The notes: generated by a model not told the origin, from the sequence alone. DNA of 61,895 nucleotides, filler included, from 6 parts of 6 records of this genome joined end to end with filler, not necessarily neighbours in it; one strand, 5' to 3'; shown: positions 50,642-61,055, numbered from the whole stretch's first letter. Program-made: numbers and translations.

Positions 50642-52039
50642 TTAACCAAGTATCATACCCACTATTGTAGCAGAAAGCAACGATGCTAATGTTCCTGCCA
50701 GCAGCGCACGCAAGCCTAATTGTGTTAATGTTAATCTTTGCTTAGGCGCTAAAGCTCCAATACCCCCTATCTGTATTCCAATGGAAGCAAAATTGGCAAA
50801 ACCACATAGAACATAAGTGGCTATATAAATTGATTTTTGTTGAACAAAGGCTCCTGCTTCTTTTAATTCTCCTAAACTCACATAACCAATAAATTCGGTC
50901 ATGATTAATTTTTCACCTAATACTCTCCCCACTAGATCAATATCCTCAGAACACACGCCTATCAACCACATAATAGGAGCAAAAATATATCCCAGGATAA
51001 ATTGCAAACTCAACTCTTTATATTCTCCACCAGTTGATGCAGCAATTATTTCATTTAAATGTGAATAGTGCCCAATTTTTAAAAAGATATAATTTAGCAT
51101 GGCAATAAACGAAATAAAAACTAACAGCATGGCTCCTACATTAACAGCCAGCTTAAGGCCTTCTGTGGTTCCGTTTGATATAGCATCCAATACATTTTTA
51201 CCAATCTTTTCTTTACTCACCTTAACCTCATTATCTATTTTATCAGTCTGAGGCAATAATATTTTCGAGATAACAACTACTCCCGGAGCAGCCATTATGG
51301 AAGCAGCTAATAAGTGTTTGGCATACATTACCTCCTGCACAGGATCTCCTCCTCCAAGGATTTTGATGTACACAGCTAAAACACCTCCCGCCAACGTAGA
51401 CATTCCACCAGACATAACCAGTAGCATTTCTGATCGATTCATCTTATCGAGGTAAGCCTTAATCATCAATGGAGATTCCGTTTGACCTAAAAAGATATTA
51501 CCTGCAACAGATAAACTTTCAGCACCTGACAAACGCATTAATTTAGTCATTGCCCATGCCAACACATACACAACCTTCTGGATAATTCCAAAATAAAACA
51601 ACAAACTAGTTAATGCTGAGAAGAATACAATGGTCGGTAAAATAGTTACTGCAAAGTTTAATAAAGGTGACTCAATTTCTCCAGTACCAAAACTTTTAAA
51701 TAAGAATGCAGTACCCGCTTCTGTAAAGTTTAATATTTCAACAAATCGTCTACTTATGAACTCAAAAACAGCTTGTACAAATGGAATATTTAAAATAGAC
51801 ATTGCTAAAAAAAGCTGTATAAACAATCCTACGCCAACCACTTTCCAGTTGATGGCTTTTTTATTTGAGCTAAATAGCCATGCAATTGCAATAAGAACAA
51901 GCATTCCTAGTGCTCCACGCAATAAACTTACAATTGAAAAACCTCCACTTTGAGCAGCATCAACAACATTATTAGCCAAAGCAGGTTGAAATACAGCAGT
52001 TAAAATAATTATAACAGCCGCAGTTATTTTTTTAATCAT
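50642..52039 (-). CDS. Concentrative nucleoside transporter (CNT, NupC family)
   Basis: LPTIVFFSAL, NIFLGQTESPL, EFIGY, LCGFANFASIGIQIGG. Confidence 0.92.
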   Translation of the reverse strand: MIKKITAAVIIILTAVFQPALANNVVDAAQSGGFSIVSLLRGALGMLVLIAIAWLFSSNKKAINWKVVGVGLFIQLFLAMSILNIPFVQAVFEFISRRFVEILNFTEAGTAFLFKSFGTGEIESPLLNFAVTILPTIVFFSALTSLLFYFGIIQKVVYVLAWAMTKLMRLSGAESLSVAGNIFLGQTESPLMIKAYLDKMNRSEMLLVMSGGMSTLAGGVLAVYIKILGGGDPVQEVMYAKHLLAASIMAAPGVVVISKILLPQTDKIDNEVKVSKEKIGKNVLDAISNGTTEGLKLAVNVGAMLLVFISFIAMLNYIFLKIGHYSHLNEIIAASTGGEYKELSLQFILGYIFAPIMWLIGVCSEDIDLVGRVLGEKLIMTEFIGYVSLGELKEAGAFVQQKSIYIATYVLCGFANFASIGIQIGGIGALAPKQRLTLTQLGLRALLAGTLASLLSATIVGMILG

Positions 52040-52060
52040 GATAATGTGTGTAAATGGTAA

Positions 52061-52651
52061 TTAGGATGCACTTCTACGCTGTATCTCATCCCTAATTTCA
52101 GAAGCTTTTTCGTAGTCTTCGTTTGTTACAGCCTCGTCCAGTAGTTTATTTAATTCATCCAATGACTTCTTACCATACTTGGATTCACCCTTTCCCTGAT
52201 CGTCTACTTCCAATTCAATTTCCTGATCCTTATTTACATCAAGTACGATACCTGCCGATTCTATAATAGATTCGTAAGTATAAATAGGACAATTAAAACG
52301 TAAGGATAATGCTACAGCATCCGAAGTTCTGGAATCAATTCTCAATTGCTCTCCATCTTTTTTACAAACCAGTTCGGAGTAAAATATTCCTTCCTCTAAC
52401 TTATAGATAACCACCTCTATAATTTCAATTCCAAATGCTTTTGAAAAATTTAAAAACAAATCATGTGTAAGTGGTCGAGGAGGTTCTAAACCCTCTAATT
52501 TAATGGCAATAGACTGAGCTTCTACCCCTCCTATAATTATAGGAATTCTGCGTTCCCCATCTTCCTCTGCTAAAACAAGCGCATACGCACCAGATTGAGT
52601 TTGGCTATAAGACAAGCCAAGAATATTCAGTTTTATTTTTTTCTTGCTCAT
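52061..52651 (-). CDS. Bifunctional nuclease family protein (DUF151 plus UVR domain)
   Basis: IPIIIGGVEAQSI, RPLTHDL, DSRTSDAVAL, EDYEKASEIRDEI. Confidence 0.9.
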   Translation of the reverse strand: MSKKKIKLNILGLSYSQTQSGAYALVLAEEDGERRIPIIIGGVEAQSIAIKLEGLEPPRPLTHDLFLNFSKAFGIEIIEVVIYKLEEGIFYSELVCKKDGEQLRIDSRTSDAVALSLRFNCPIYTYESIIESAGIVLDVNKDQEIELEVDDQGKGESKYGKKSLDELNKLLDEAVTNEDYEKASEIRDEIQRRSAS

Positions 52652-52952
52652 AAATTAACTTCGTAAAGCGAAGGTGATTGTTTAATTCTTAATTAAAACA
52701 AATATAGCAAAATGTTTTAAGACGAGCCGGCAATTCCGTAAAAGTGCTAATAATAACAAGCCAAGAACACCTGTTTCTATCCTAAATTCAAGAGTAAGTC
52801 AACTGAAATTCATACTTTTATAAAAAATATTTTTTGCGAGAATAAAATTATTGTGTACTTTTGTGCTCCAATGTTTCTTGTAAGGCTTAACAAAGTGGCT
52901 GATAATGAGTGGAAAAGCCCGCCTTCTGGATGAAATTTTTAAATGATTTGTG

Positions 52953-53201
52953 ATGTACGCGATTGTAGATATTGCAGGACAACAATTTAAAGTAGAAAAA
53001 GACAGCAAGATTTATGTTCATCGTTTGGCTCAAGAAGAAGGAGCTGCTGTTGAGTTTGAAAAAGTAATTTTAGTTGACAATGACGGAAATGTACAAGTAG
53101 GTGCTCCTGTTGTTGAAGGTGCTAAAGTAACCGCAAAGGTTCTTTCTCACGTTAAAGGTGATAAAGTAATCGTTTTCAAAAAGAAAAGAAGAAAAGGTTA
53201 C
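52953..53201 (+). CDS. rplU: 50S ribosomal protein L21, 3' truncated
   Basis: [29 protein letters not shown]. Confidence 0.96.
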
Positions 53202-53301
53202 NNNNNNNNNNNNNNNNNNNNNNNNNNNNNNNNNNNNNNNNNNNNTTAATTAATTAANNNNNNNNNNNNNNNNNNNNNNNNNNNNNNNNNNNNNNNNNNN
53301 N
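53202..53301. other. Artificial contig linker 5
   Basis: Same 100-nt N/TTAATTAATTAA linker. Confidence 0.98.
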
Positions 53302-53342
53302 TAACCGGTCGGTCCCAGGTTCGAATCCTGGCTGGCCCACCA
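53302..53342 (+). tRNA. tRNA 3' half, most consistent with tRNA-Ile (CAT or GAT); anticodon truncated
   Basis: TAACCGGTCGGTC CCAGG TTCGAAT CCTGG CTGGCCC A CCA: T-arm, acceptor strand, encoded CCA. Confidence 0.85.
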
Positions 53343-53458
53343 ACGACCCTCCAAACGGGAGACGTGATTGAAGAAGTTTGATACTGGAAACCAGTTCAAC
53401 GCATATATCTTGAAGTATCCCGCGAAGGCCAATGGCTGGGTTATTGAAGAGGAAATTA

Positions 53459-53497
53459 ATGCTCCCGAGGGGGAAACCCTACGGGAGCATCTTCTTT
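53459..53497 (+). terminator. GC-rich hairpin/terminator upstream of the Nif3 gene
   Basis: ATGCTCCCG-AGGG-GGAAA-CCCT-A-CGGGAGCAT then CTTCTTT. Confidence 0.5.
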
Positions 53498-53518
53498 ACG
53501 ATAGGTGGTCGTAAGCAT

Positions 53519-54517
53519 ATGAAAATTAAGGATATTTTATCGATTTTCCGCATTTCCGCTCCGGAAGCAAATCAAAGTTCCTGGGACAATAGCGGCGTCC
53601 AGATTGCTGGTGAAATAACAAAGACTGATAAGGTGGCCGTGGCCTTGGAGCCGACACCAGCAACCCTTGAGAAGTGTCTAAACTGGGGTGCCGGGGCCGT
53701 GATTACACATCATCCCTTGTACATGAAGCCCAAAATGCCGAACGCGGAATCCATGTATATGGATGTGCTGCGTCGCGTCGTCAAAAGCGGTACATGGTTG
53801 TACAGCGCACATACCTCTTTGGACACCCGCCCCGGTGGTCCGGCTTTCTGGTTGGGATATGATCTTGCACTGGAAGGCAGAAAACTCCTTGAAATCGAAA
53901 CGGGCTACGCCCCCATTGAGGCCTCCTTCTACACTGAAGAGCCCATATCCCGCGAAGCCGCCGATATTTGGGCCAATCACGACGGTATCCATTCCGTATC
54001 ACAAAGTCGTACCGGTGAAGTCCGTTTGGTCTGCGACGAGTCGCACTGGGCTGATGTGGCCAACAAGATTGAATTTTCCATGGGCAAACGCCCTCTGTTC
54101 TATATTCGCTCACTGACCGCTCCCCGACGTGAAGTTGGTTTTGGCGAAGTCGGTAAGTTGCCTGAATCCATGCCATGGGATGCGTTCATCGCGACACTGG
54201 ATACCCTTGTCCAGCGTGATGCACTTATGATTTCAGGCCCGCAACCCGAAACAGTTACCACAGTGGCTTATTGCGGAGGTTCTGGATCGTCGCTTATCGA
54301 CAAGGCGGCAAACGCCGGAGCTGACGTATTTATTACCGGCGACATAAAATATCATGCAGCGGTGGAGACACCTATTTGCGTGGTGGATGCCGGACATTTT
54401 TCATTGGAAGAGGAAATGATGCGTCGATTTGCCAGAGAGCTTGCAGGCGAGATGGCTGATGTGGACGTACAATTTTTCGAAGGCGAAGACCCGTTCCGGG
54501 TACACGTCAAAAAATAG
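53519..54517 (+). CDS. Nif3-like dinuclear metal center protein (YbgI/DUF34)
   Basis: WDNSGVQI, ITHHP, AHTSLD, CGGSG, ITGDIKYH, DAGHFSLE; start re-called at 53519. Confidence 0.9.
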   Translation: MKIKDILSIFRISAPEANQSSWDNSGVQIAGEITKTDKVAVALEPTPATLEKCLNWGAGAVITHHPLYMKPKMPNAESMYMDVLRRVVKSGTWLYSAHTSLDTRPGGPAFWLGYDLALEGRKLLEIETGYAPIEASFYTEEPISREAADIWANHDGIHSVSQSRTGEVRLVCDESHWADVANKIEFSMGKRPLFYIRSLTAPRREVGFGEVGKLPESMPWDAFIATLDTLVQRDALMISGPQPETVTTVAYCGGSGSSLIDKAANAGADVFITGDIKYHAAVETPICVVDAGHFSLEEEMMRRFARELAGEMADVDVQFFEGEDPFRVHVKK

Positions 54518-54573
54518 CGAAACAAGCCGATTGAACGATTGGGCAAAATTTCAAATAGATAGAGAGGTTAACA

Positions 54574-55305
54574 ATGTATCAGAAACAAATCGAACAGTTG
54601 ATCGTTCTGCAGCAGGTTGACGACGAAATCCTCACCCTCAAGGATGTAATCGAACAAGCTCCTCAAGAGCTGTCCGACCTTGAATCACAGATGAGCGAAT
54701 TCAATGAACGCCGCAACCAGATCGACGAAAAAACTGGTATCCTTAAGGAACAGCAGAAAAAGCTGACCTTTGAAATCGATGAGGACGCCGGTAAAATCAA
54801 GAAGTCCAAAAACAAGCTGATGCTGGTTGGCAACACCAAGGAATACCACGCCATGATGCGCGAAATGGATTCTCTGGAAAAACTCAACCGCATGCGTGAT
54901 GACGAGCAGGAAGCTGTCCGTGAAGAACTTATCCGTCAGGACGAGGCCACCGAGTCACTGACTGAAGAAATGAGCGGCGTCAAAGAACAGTACGATGCAC
55001 TCAAGACAACACTGGACGAACGTCTGGCCAAGGCTCAGAAGAAACTCGACTCCTTAGGCCGCAAGCGTAAAAAGTCCTGCAAGGCTGTTCCGCCGCCGAT
55101 CTTGGGCCGTTACGAGTTCATCCGTGAACGCTTGAAGAATCCAGTTATCGTCCCTGTTTCCAAGGGTATCTGTTCTGGCTGTAACATCATGATTCCGCCG
55201 CAGGCGTACAACGATTTGCAGAAAGGCCAGCAGATATTGAGCTGCCCCAACTGCCAGCGCCTCATTTACTGGAAAGCGCACATTGAGCCTGAATCTCAGG
55301 ATTAG
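54574..55305 (+). CDS. Coiled-coil C4 zinc-ribbon protein (zf-RING_7/DUF164)
   Basis: Long coiled coil, CSGC..CPNC.R; usual partner of Nif3 genes. Confidence 0.9.
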   Translation: MYQKQIEQLIVLQQVDDEILTLKDVIEQAPQELSDLESQMSEFNERRNQIDEKTGILKEQQKKLTFEIDEDAGKIKKSKNKLMLVGNTKEYHAMMREMDSLEKLNRMRDDEQEAVREELIRQDEATESLTEEMSGVKEQYDALKTTLDERLAKAQKKLDSLGRKRKKSCKAVPPPILGRYEFIRERLKNPVIVPVSKGICSGCNIMIPPQAYNDLQKGQQILSCPNCQRLIYWKAHIEPESQD

Positions 55306-55350
55306 AGATTGAATTCGGGGCCTGACGGCCTCGTTGGATATAACACAAGT

Positions 55351-55710
55351 TTGGAGTCGGACAGGTCATCGCCGCGATCTTTGATCGGGGAGGAAAGTCC
55401 GGGCTTCTCAGGGCAGGACGCTGGGTAACTCCCAGGGGGAGCGATCCCCGTCACGTGCAACAGAAAGTATACCGCCTCCGGTTTTTACCGGCGGTAAGGG
55501 TGAAACGGTGGGGTAAGAGCCTACCGGCTGTCGTGGTGACACGGCAGGCCAGGTGAACTCCGTCCGAAGCAAGACCAAATAGGACAGCGCTGTAGATCGG
55601 CCCGATCGAGCTGTCGGGTAGGTTGCTCGAACCGGCTGGTAACAGTCGGTCTAGATGAATGATGACCACCCCGAAAGGGGCCACAAAACCCGGCTTATGA
55701 CCGGCTCCAA
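55351..55710 (+). ncRNA. rnpB: RNase P RNA (type A)
   Basis: GAGGAAAGTCCGGGCT, GCAACAGAAA, AGGGTGAAACGGTGGGGTAAGAGC, ACAAAACCCGGCTTAT; P1 TTGGAGTCGG/CCGGCTCCAA. Confidence 0.97.
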
Positions 55711-55721
55711 CTTGATATACC

Positions 55722-55753
55722 GCGCGAGAAAAGGCGCATACCTTTTCTCGCGC
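55722..55753 (+). terminator. Hairpin after rnpB
   Basis: GCGCGAGAAAAGG-CGCATA-CCTTTTCTCGCGC. Confidence 0.65.
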
Positions 55754-55786
55754 GACCACTTTTCATTCAACGGCACAGGGTTTCGC

Positions 55787-56983
55787 ATGACGCGTCCACT
55801 CAAAAATATCTGGGGCATAATCCTTGCCGCAGGCTCCGGTACCCGACTGGCTGAAGCCGTCAACGGCGAACGCAAGCAGTACCTCGAATACAAATCCGCA
55901 CCACTATTCTGGCATTGCGCCCGAACATTCTCACGTGTAGCGCGCGTCAAGGGGCTCGTGTTCGTCTTCCCGCCCGAAGACGCTCCGGCCATGGAGAAAA
56001 AACTCCGCCAATATTTCAAATCGGAAGACCTCGGCCTGAAGTGGAAGGTCATCTCCGGTGGTGAGCGACGTCAGGATTCCGTCAGGAATGGACTGACAGG
56101 ACTGCCCAAAGAGTGTGACGGTATTTTGGTGCATGACTCGGCCCGCCCGTTCGTATCCCCTCGAATTATCACCGACCTCATCGAAGCCCTTGATAATGGA
56201 GCACATGGCGTGATCCCTGCCATACAGGTGACGGACACGGTCAAACGCGTGGCTGACGATACAGTTATCGACACTCTGAACAGGGCTGAGCTGGCCGCGG
56301 TACAAACACCGCAAGGTTTTGAAACGTCCATACTCAAAGAAGCTCATGACCGGGCTGATGCAGAAGGGTGGGAAGTCACCGATGACGCCAGCATGGTTGA
56401 AAAATTAGCTGAGGTGGCCATTGTTCCCGGTGAGACACGTAACATCAAAATAACTGTCCCCGAAGACCTGAAACGTCTGGAAGAAACCAAAACGACAGTC
56501 CCGTGTGTGGGCTGGGGGTATGACGTTCACCGCTTCGGCGGCGAAAACGATCGTCCTCTGATCCTTGGCGGCGTCCCCATTGCCGGTGGCCCGACCATCA
56601 TCGCTCATTCAGATGGAGATGTACTCCTGCACGCCCTGACAGATGCTATTCTGGGCACTTTCGGTGGCGGAGACATTGGCAAACACTTCCCGGACACAGA
56701 CCCGAAATTCAAGGGAGTGGACAGCTCTATCCTTTTGCGAGAAGTCCTGACCATGGCCGAAGAGGCGGGTACACGTATTGTCCATGCCGACCTGACCGTT
56801 ATCACGCAAGCTCCGAAGCTTTCCCCGCATGCGAATCAAATCGCAAAGAATATTTGCCGCTTGCTCGGACTGGATGCGCATCAGGTCAACTTCAAGGCAA
56901 CCACTGAAGAAAAACTCGGCTTTACCGGCGCAAAAAAAGGTATCAAGGCTGTGGCTTCCGTCACCGGCCTCCGGGATTTGTAA
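55787..56983 (+). CDS. ispDF: Bifunctional IspD/IspF (MEP pathway)
   Basis: LAAGSGTR, GGERRQDSV, VHDSARP, QTPQ, TDDAS; GYDVHR, AHSDGDV, GDIGKHFPD, KATTEEKLG; start re-called at 55787. Confidence 0.93.
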   Translation: MTRPLKNIWGIILAAGSGTRLAEAVNGERKQYLEYKSAPLFWHCARTFSRVARVKGLVFVFPPEDAPAMEKKLRQYFKSEDLGLKWKVISGGERRQDSVRNGLTGLPKECDGILVHDSARPFVSPRIITDLIEALDNGAHGVIPAIQVTDTVKRVADDTVIDTLNRAELAAVQTPQGFETSILKEAHDRADAEGWEVTDDASMVEKLAEVAIVPGETRNIKITVPEDLKRLEETKTTVPCVGWGYDVHRFGGENDRPLILGGVPIAGGPTIIAHSDGDVLLHALTDAILGTFGGGDIGKHFPDTDPKFKGVDSSILLREVLTMAEEAGTRIVHADLTVITQAPKLSPHANQIAKNICRLLGLDAHQVNFKATTEEKLGFTGAKKGIKAVASVTGLRDL

Positions 56984-56986
56984 GCC

Positions 56987-57868
56987 ATGAATAAAATTGC
57001 CAAATTTCTCATTTCATTCGGTGTGTTTGTAGTCATCTGCGCGGTGGCTCTAAACTGGTTTGTTCACTCGGAAGTCCGCAAGGAACTGGACCGAACAATC
57101 GCACAAACGCCCGGTTTGACCCTGACCTATGACGATCTATCCGTAAACATTTACGATCACATGGTCACGCTGGAAAACGTCAGCGCAACCCTCCCTTCAG
57201 GCCAGCACTTCACGGCCGATGCCCTGCGCATCAATGACTTCGACCAACGCAACCCGATTCCCCATCATGCACATGCTACAGCGTCCAGACTTTCCTGTCT
57301 GGTCACGCAAGAAAACTTCGGGGAATGGACTGAGATCATGCTGAAATCCGGCATTGATTCCATCGCCGGCAACATTGAGCTTGACTATACGTACGATGCG
57401 ACCAACGGTGTCCTGACGCTGGAAACACTTTCCATGGATGACCCAAAATTGGGACATGCAATGCTGACCTGTGCAGTGGATGGTATTGATCTCAATGACA
57501 TGCGTCTGGAGCAACTGGTCGGCCTGCGCCTTGACAATGCCACTTTACGTTTCACGGATCGATCATTGACAAAAACAGTCGTTCGCAACTGGTCAGCAGC
57601 CATGAGTATGTCCGAAACCTTGACCGTGGCAACCATTCAACATGAGTTGGCCGGTCTGGCTGAACACGCTGCCAGCAAGGAAAACGCAGTAGCCGAAGAT
57701 GTCATGCTCGGTCTGAGACGTTTCATGGGAGACCCTGCCACCATGACTGTGTCATTCGCGCCCAAAGAACCATTTCCTGTGCTGTACTTTTTCATGGGCC
57801 GAGATATCTTTGAAACCATGCAGCTTTTGAACATGAAAATCGTCACCACTTCCAGCGATGGAATTTAA
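56987..57868 (+). CDS. Hypothetical membrane-anchored periplasmic protein
   Basis: N-terminal TM, beta-rich body, in operon position between ispDF and cysS. Confidence 0.75.
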   Translation: MNKIAKFLISFGVFVVICAVALNWFVHSEVRKELDRTIAQTPGLTLTYDDLSVNIYDHMVTLENVSATLPSGQHFTADALRINDFDQRNPIPHHAHATASRLSCLVTQENFGEWTEIMLKSGIDSIAGNIELDYTYDATNGVLTLETLSMDDPKLGHAMLTCAVDGIDLNDMRLEQLVGLRLDNATLRFTDRSLTKTVVRNWSAAMSMSETLTVATIQHELAGLAEHAASKENAVAEDVMLGLRRFMGDPATMTVSFAPKEPFPVLYFFMGRDIFETMQLLNMKIVTTSSDGI

Positions 57869-57911
57869 TTAAATACCAATTATTTCAAATGAATAAAAAT
57901 GGAGTAATTCA

Positions 57912-59369
57912 ATGAGACTTTACAACACGCTCAAACGACAGAAAGAAGAATTCACCCCGGCGAACGGCAATGACGTCAACATGTACGTCTGCGGCATCAC
58001 GGCATACGACCTCTGTCACATCGGCCATGCCCGCTCCAGCGTGGTTTTCGACGTCTTGTACCGATATCTCCAGCGCAAAGGATACAACGTCAACTTTATC
58101 CGCAACTTCACTGACATTGATGACAAGATCATCAAGCGCGCCAATGAAGTCGGCAAGGAAGCTGGCGAAATCGCCGAAAAATTTATCGGTGAATTCTATG
58201 TGGATATGGACAAACTGTCCGTGCTTCGCCCTGACGTGGAACCGAAATGCACCGAACACATTCCCGAGATGATCGCTCTGACTGAACGTCTCATCAACAA
58301 AGGGCATGCCTACTCTACGCCGTCCGGTGATGTTTATTTCAAGGTTCGCTCCTTTGAAGGATATGGCAAACTTTCAGGTCGCAATATCGACGAATTGGAA
58401 TCCGGTGCACGCATCGATCCTGGCGAAGAGAAACAAGACCCGCTCGATTTTGCACTGTGGAAAGGAGCCAAACCCGGCGAACCCTCCTGGGAATCCCCAT
58501 GGGGTCAAGGACGGCCTGGCTGGCATCTTGAGTGCTCGGCAATGTCCGAAAAGTATTCTTCCCTACCGCTCGATATTCACGGTGGAGGACAGGACCTCTC
58601 CTTCCCACACCATGAAAATGAAGTGGCACAGTCCGAGGCTGATACGGGCAAGCCGTTCGCCAACTACTGGGTCCACAACGGGTTCGTGCAGATTAACTCC
58701 GAAAAGATGTCCAAATCTTTGGGTAACTTCTTTACTATCCGAGATATTCTGGACAAATTTCTTGCCGAAACACTGCGCTATTTCCTGCTGACCATGCACT
58801 ATCGCAGCCCGCTTGACTTTTCTTTCGAGGCCCTTGAAGAAGCAGAAAAAGGCATCAAGCGCATCTATTCCGCCTTGGCCCAAATGGACGTTGAGCTGGC
58901 AAAGTCAAAATGGAAAAAATCTCCCTTCCCTGAAGAATTGATCACTGAACTGGACGAGATCGAAAAACATTTCGATGAAGCCATGGAAGACGATATGAAC
59001 ACCGCTGGCGCGTTGGGTCATGTATTCTCCGCCATCCGTCTGGCTGGACGTGTTGCAGAAGACAAGAACCTCCGCAAATCCGAAGGTGGACGCGATCTCT
59101 TCACTCGCATCAAACAAGATGTAGCAAACTGGGGTAAAGTGCTCGGCATCTTCGAACGCAAGCCTGTCGAATTCCTTACCGAGTTGAGAGACAACCGAGC
59201 CGCCCGCGCCGGGATTGATCCAATCAAGGTTCAGGGGCTTTTAGACGCCCGTCAGCAGGCACGTAAAGACAAGGATTTCGAGAAGTCCGATGCCATTCGT
59301 GATGAACTGGCTGAAATGAACGTCGAAGTGAAAGACACGCCGCAGGGCGCTACTTGGGACGTGCAGTAA
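57912..59369 (+). CDS. cysS: Cysteine--tRNA ligase
   Basis: YVCG, HIGH, GRPGWHLEC, FPHHENE, KMSKS. Confidence 0.97.
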   Translation: MRLYNTLKRQKEEFTPANGNDVNMYVCGITAYDLCHIGHARSSVVFDVLYRYLQRKGYNVNFIRNFTDIDDKIIKRANEVGKEAGEIAEKFIGEFYVDMDKLSVLRPDVEPKCTEHIPEMIALTERLINKGHAYSTPSGDVYFKVRSFEGYGKLSGRNIDELESGARIDPGEEKQDPLDFALWKGAKPGEPSWESPWGQGRPGWHLECSAMSEKYSSLPLDIHGGGQDLSFPHHENEVAQSEADTGKPFANYWVHNGFVQINSEKMSKSLGNFFTIRDILDKFLAETLRYFLLTMHYRSPLDFSFEALEEAEKGIKRIYSALAQMDVELAKSKWKKSPFPEELITELDEIEKHFDEAMEDDMNTAGALGHVFSAIRLAGRVAEDKNLRKSEGGRDLFTRIKQDVANWGKVLGIFERKPVEFLTELRDNRAARAGIDPIKVQGLLDARQQARKDKDFEKSDAIRDELAEMNVEVKDTPQGATWDVQ

Positions 59370-59382
59370 ATCAAGTTGGAAA

Positions 59383-59466
59383 TCGCCTTCGGCGAAATTG
59401 TCGAGTGATTTCGTCCCCGACGGCTTAAGGGCGAAGGCCTTAAGCATCCCATGTCGCCTTCGACGA
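59383..59466. repeat. REP-like palindromic intergenic element
   Basis: TCGCCTTCGGCGA, GCTTAAGG-7nt-CCTTAAGC, TCGCCTTCGACGA. Confidence 0.5.
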
Positions 59467-59486
59467 ATGGGTTTATAAAATGACAT

Positions 59487-59524
59487 GAAGTCTCGGTAGC
59501 ATTACTGCTACCGAGACTTCTTTT
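59487..59524. terminator. Terminator between cysS and marR
   Basis: GAAGTCTCGGTAGCA-TTAC-TGCTACCGAGACTTC followed by T4. Confidence 0.8.
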
Positions 59525-60004
59525 CTATTCTTTGCCGAAGAGTTCTTCCATGCGTTCGTCCATAATGCCTTCGAACACGGAAAGGACTGCTGCTGCCGTC
59601 GCTATCTGAGTATCAGAAAACTCATCGAGTCTGTGCAACAACTCTTTAAAATGCCGCTCATGAAAATCTTCATGAACACTAAATGCCTCTTCTCCTGCAG
59701 AAGTTAAATAAACCCGAGCTTCCTTGCGATTCTCAGGTGTAGAACGCTTTTCTGCAAAACCTTTCTTCACCAACTTGCCAACCATTTGTGATGAGGCACT
59801 CCGCGTCACCCCCATCACCCCGCCGAGTTCATGTATATTTATCCCGGGATTTCGGCCAATGGCCTGCACGAAATGCATTTCTCCCGGCCGCAGCACACAC
59901 GACTCACCAATATGAATTGGTAACTTCTCAATACGCATATGTTGACGAATAATCCGCTTCAACCTGCCGGAAATATGTACAATGGTTTCTTCTTTTGTCG
60001 TCAT
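59525..60004 (-). CDS. MarR-family transcriptional regulator
   Basis: GVTRSASSQMVGKLVKKG, NRKEARVYLTSAG; start re-called at 60004. Confidence 0.88.
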   Translation of the reverse strand: MTTKEETIVHISGRLKRIIRQHMRIEKLPIHIGESCVLRPGEMHFVQAIGRNPGINIHELGGVMGVTRSASSQMVGKLVKKGFAEKRSTPENRKEARVYLTSAGEEAFSVHEDFHERHFKELLHRLDEFSDTQIATAAAVLSVFEGIMDERMEELFGKE

Positions 60005-60106
60005 GCTGAAAATGTAAAGTAAATACACATTTTGCACAACACTTGTACTAGCTCTCGCTTCAATAGCTTGATTTATCGACAATTGATTGTTCACTAATCA
60101 ACTTTA

Positions 60107-60129
60107 TTTTGTTTAGAAGCTTTACAAAA
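60107..60129. promoter_or_regulatory. Imperfect palindrome, candidate MarR operator
   Basis: TTTTGTTTAG-AAG-CTTTACAAAA between divergent marR and methyltransferase. Confidence 0.4.
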
Positions 60130-60175
60130 TATTTTATTTACATCTATCATTCGTCCAGACCACCAAGGAGACATC

Positions 60176-60985
60176 ATGAATAATAACGAACTGCGAAAAA
60201 TCTGGGACGAAAGAGCTGAACAGCATGCGGCGAGAAAATTGTGCAAATCAGATAACCATTCAGGCCAATTCTATCATGAGAGTTGGTGGCGGCACATAGA
60301 ACCGCTATTGTCAAAATTCCCCGACGGAAAAGTACTTGAAGCTGGGTGCGGGACCGGACGATGGGCCGAACATCTGGTCCCCATGGGGTTTGCTCTCACG
60401 TGTTCGGATTTTTCACCGGGCATGATCGCCAAGGCACAAGAAGATGCGGAGAACAAAGGATTAAGCGAAAACATCAGATTTGAGGTGTTGGATGTCTGCG
60501 ACTTGCATCCCTTTGATGACGCCTGTTTTGACATGGTTATCTCAACGGGAGAACCCATTTCCTTATGCTCAGACCCCAGAAAGGCGATAAGCGAGTATTG
60601 CCGTGTCGTCCGTCCCGGCGGGTACGTCCTGTGCGATGCTGGAAACAAATACCGCCACGCTTTTGATTTGTTCCGCGACAAACCATCAGCCGATTTTATG
60701 CACACGCTTGAAACCGGTGAATTTTCATCCAAAGGAAACATGGATTTGCACTTGTTCGGCCCCACAGAATTCACAGGGACCTTCGAATCCTTCGGCATGA
60801 CGATACAGACCCTTGCAGGACTTACCCCCATGCTGACATTCCCACCCAGCGCAAAGACCAATGCCGCAATGAAAGACGCAGCCACGACTCAAGCCCTTGA
60901 AAAACTCGAACGCGATTACGCGACACACCCTGAAGTCATCGCCTTGAGCAGCAGACTCATTATCGTTGCACAAAAAACTCTGTAA
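60176..60985 (+). CDS. Class I SAM-dependent methyltransferase
   Basis: VLEAGCGTG, DFSPGM, FDMV, RVVRPGG; AAGGAG RBS. Confidence 0.9.
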   Translation: MNNNELRKIWDERAEQHAARKLCKSDNHSGQFYHESWWRHIEPLLSKFPDGKVLEAGCGTGRWAEHLVPMGFALTCSDFSPGMIAKAQEDAENKGLSENIRFEVLDVCDLHPFDDACFDMVISTGEPISLCSDPRKAISEYCRVVRPGGYVLCDAGNKYRHAFDLFRDKPSADFMHTLETGEFSSKGNMDLHLFGPTEFTGTFESFGMTIQTLAGLTPMLTFPPSAKTNAAMKDAATTQALEKLERDYATHPEVIALSSRLIIVAQKTL

Positions 60986-60990
60986 AATCA

Positions 60991-61026
60991 AAAGCTCCAA
61001 CAACACACGCTGTCGGAGCTTTTTTT
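60991..61026 (+). terminator. Intrinsic terminator
   Basis: AAAGCTCCAACA..TGTCGGAGCTTT followed by T run. Confidence 0.65.
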
Positions 61027-61055
61027 AATATTAACATGCTCGCCGAAGGCATCTT

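Noticed and set aside
55451..55786. ORFs overlapping rnpB and the extended ispDF start at 55655
   Set aside because: Region is RNase P RNA and its hairpin; IspD homology begins at 55787
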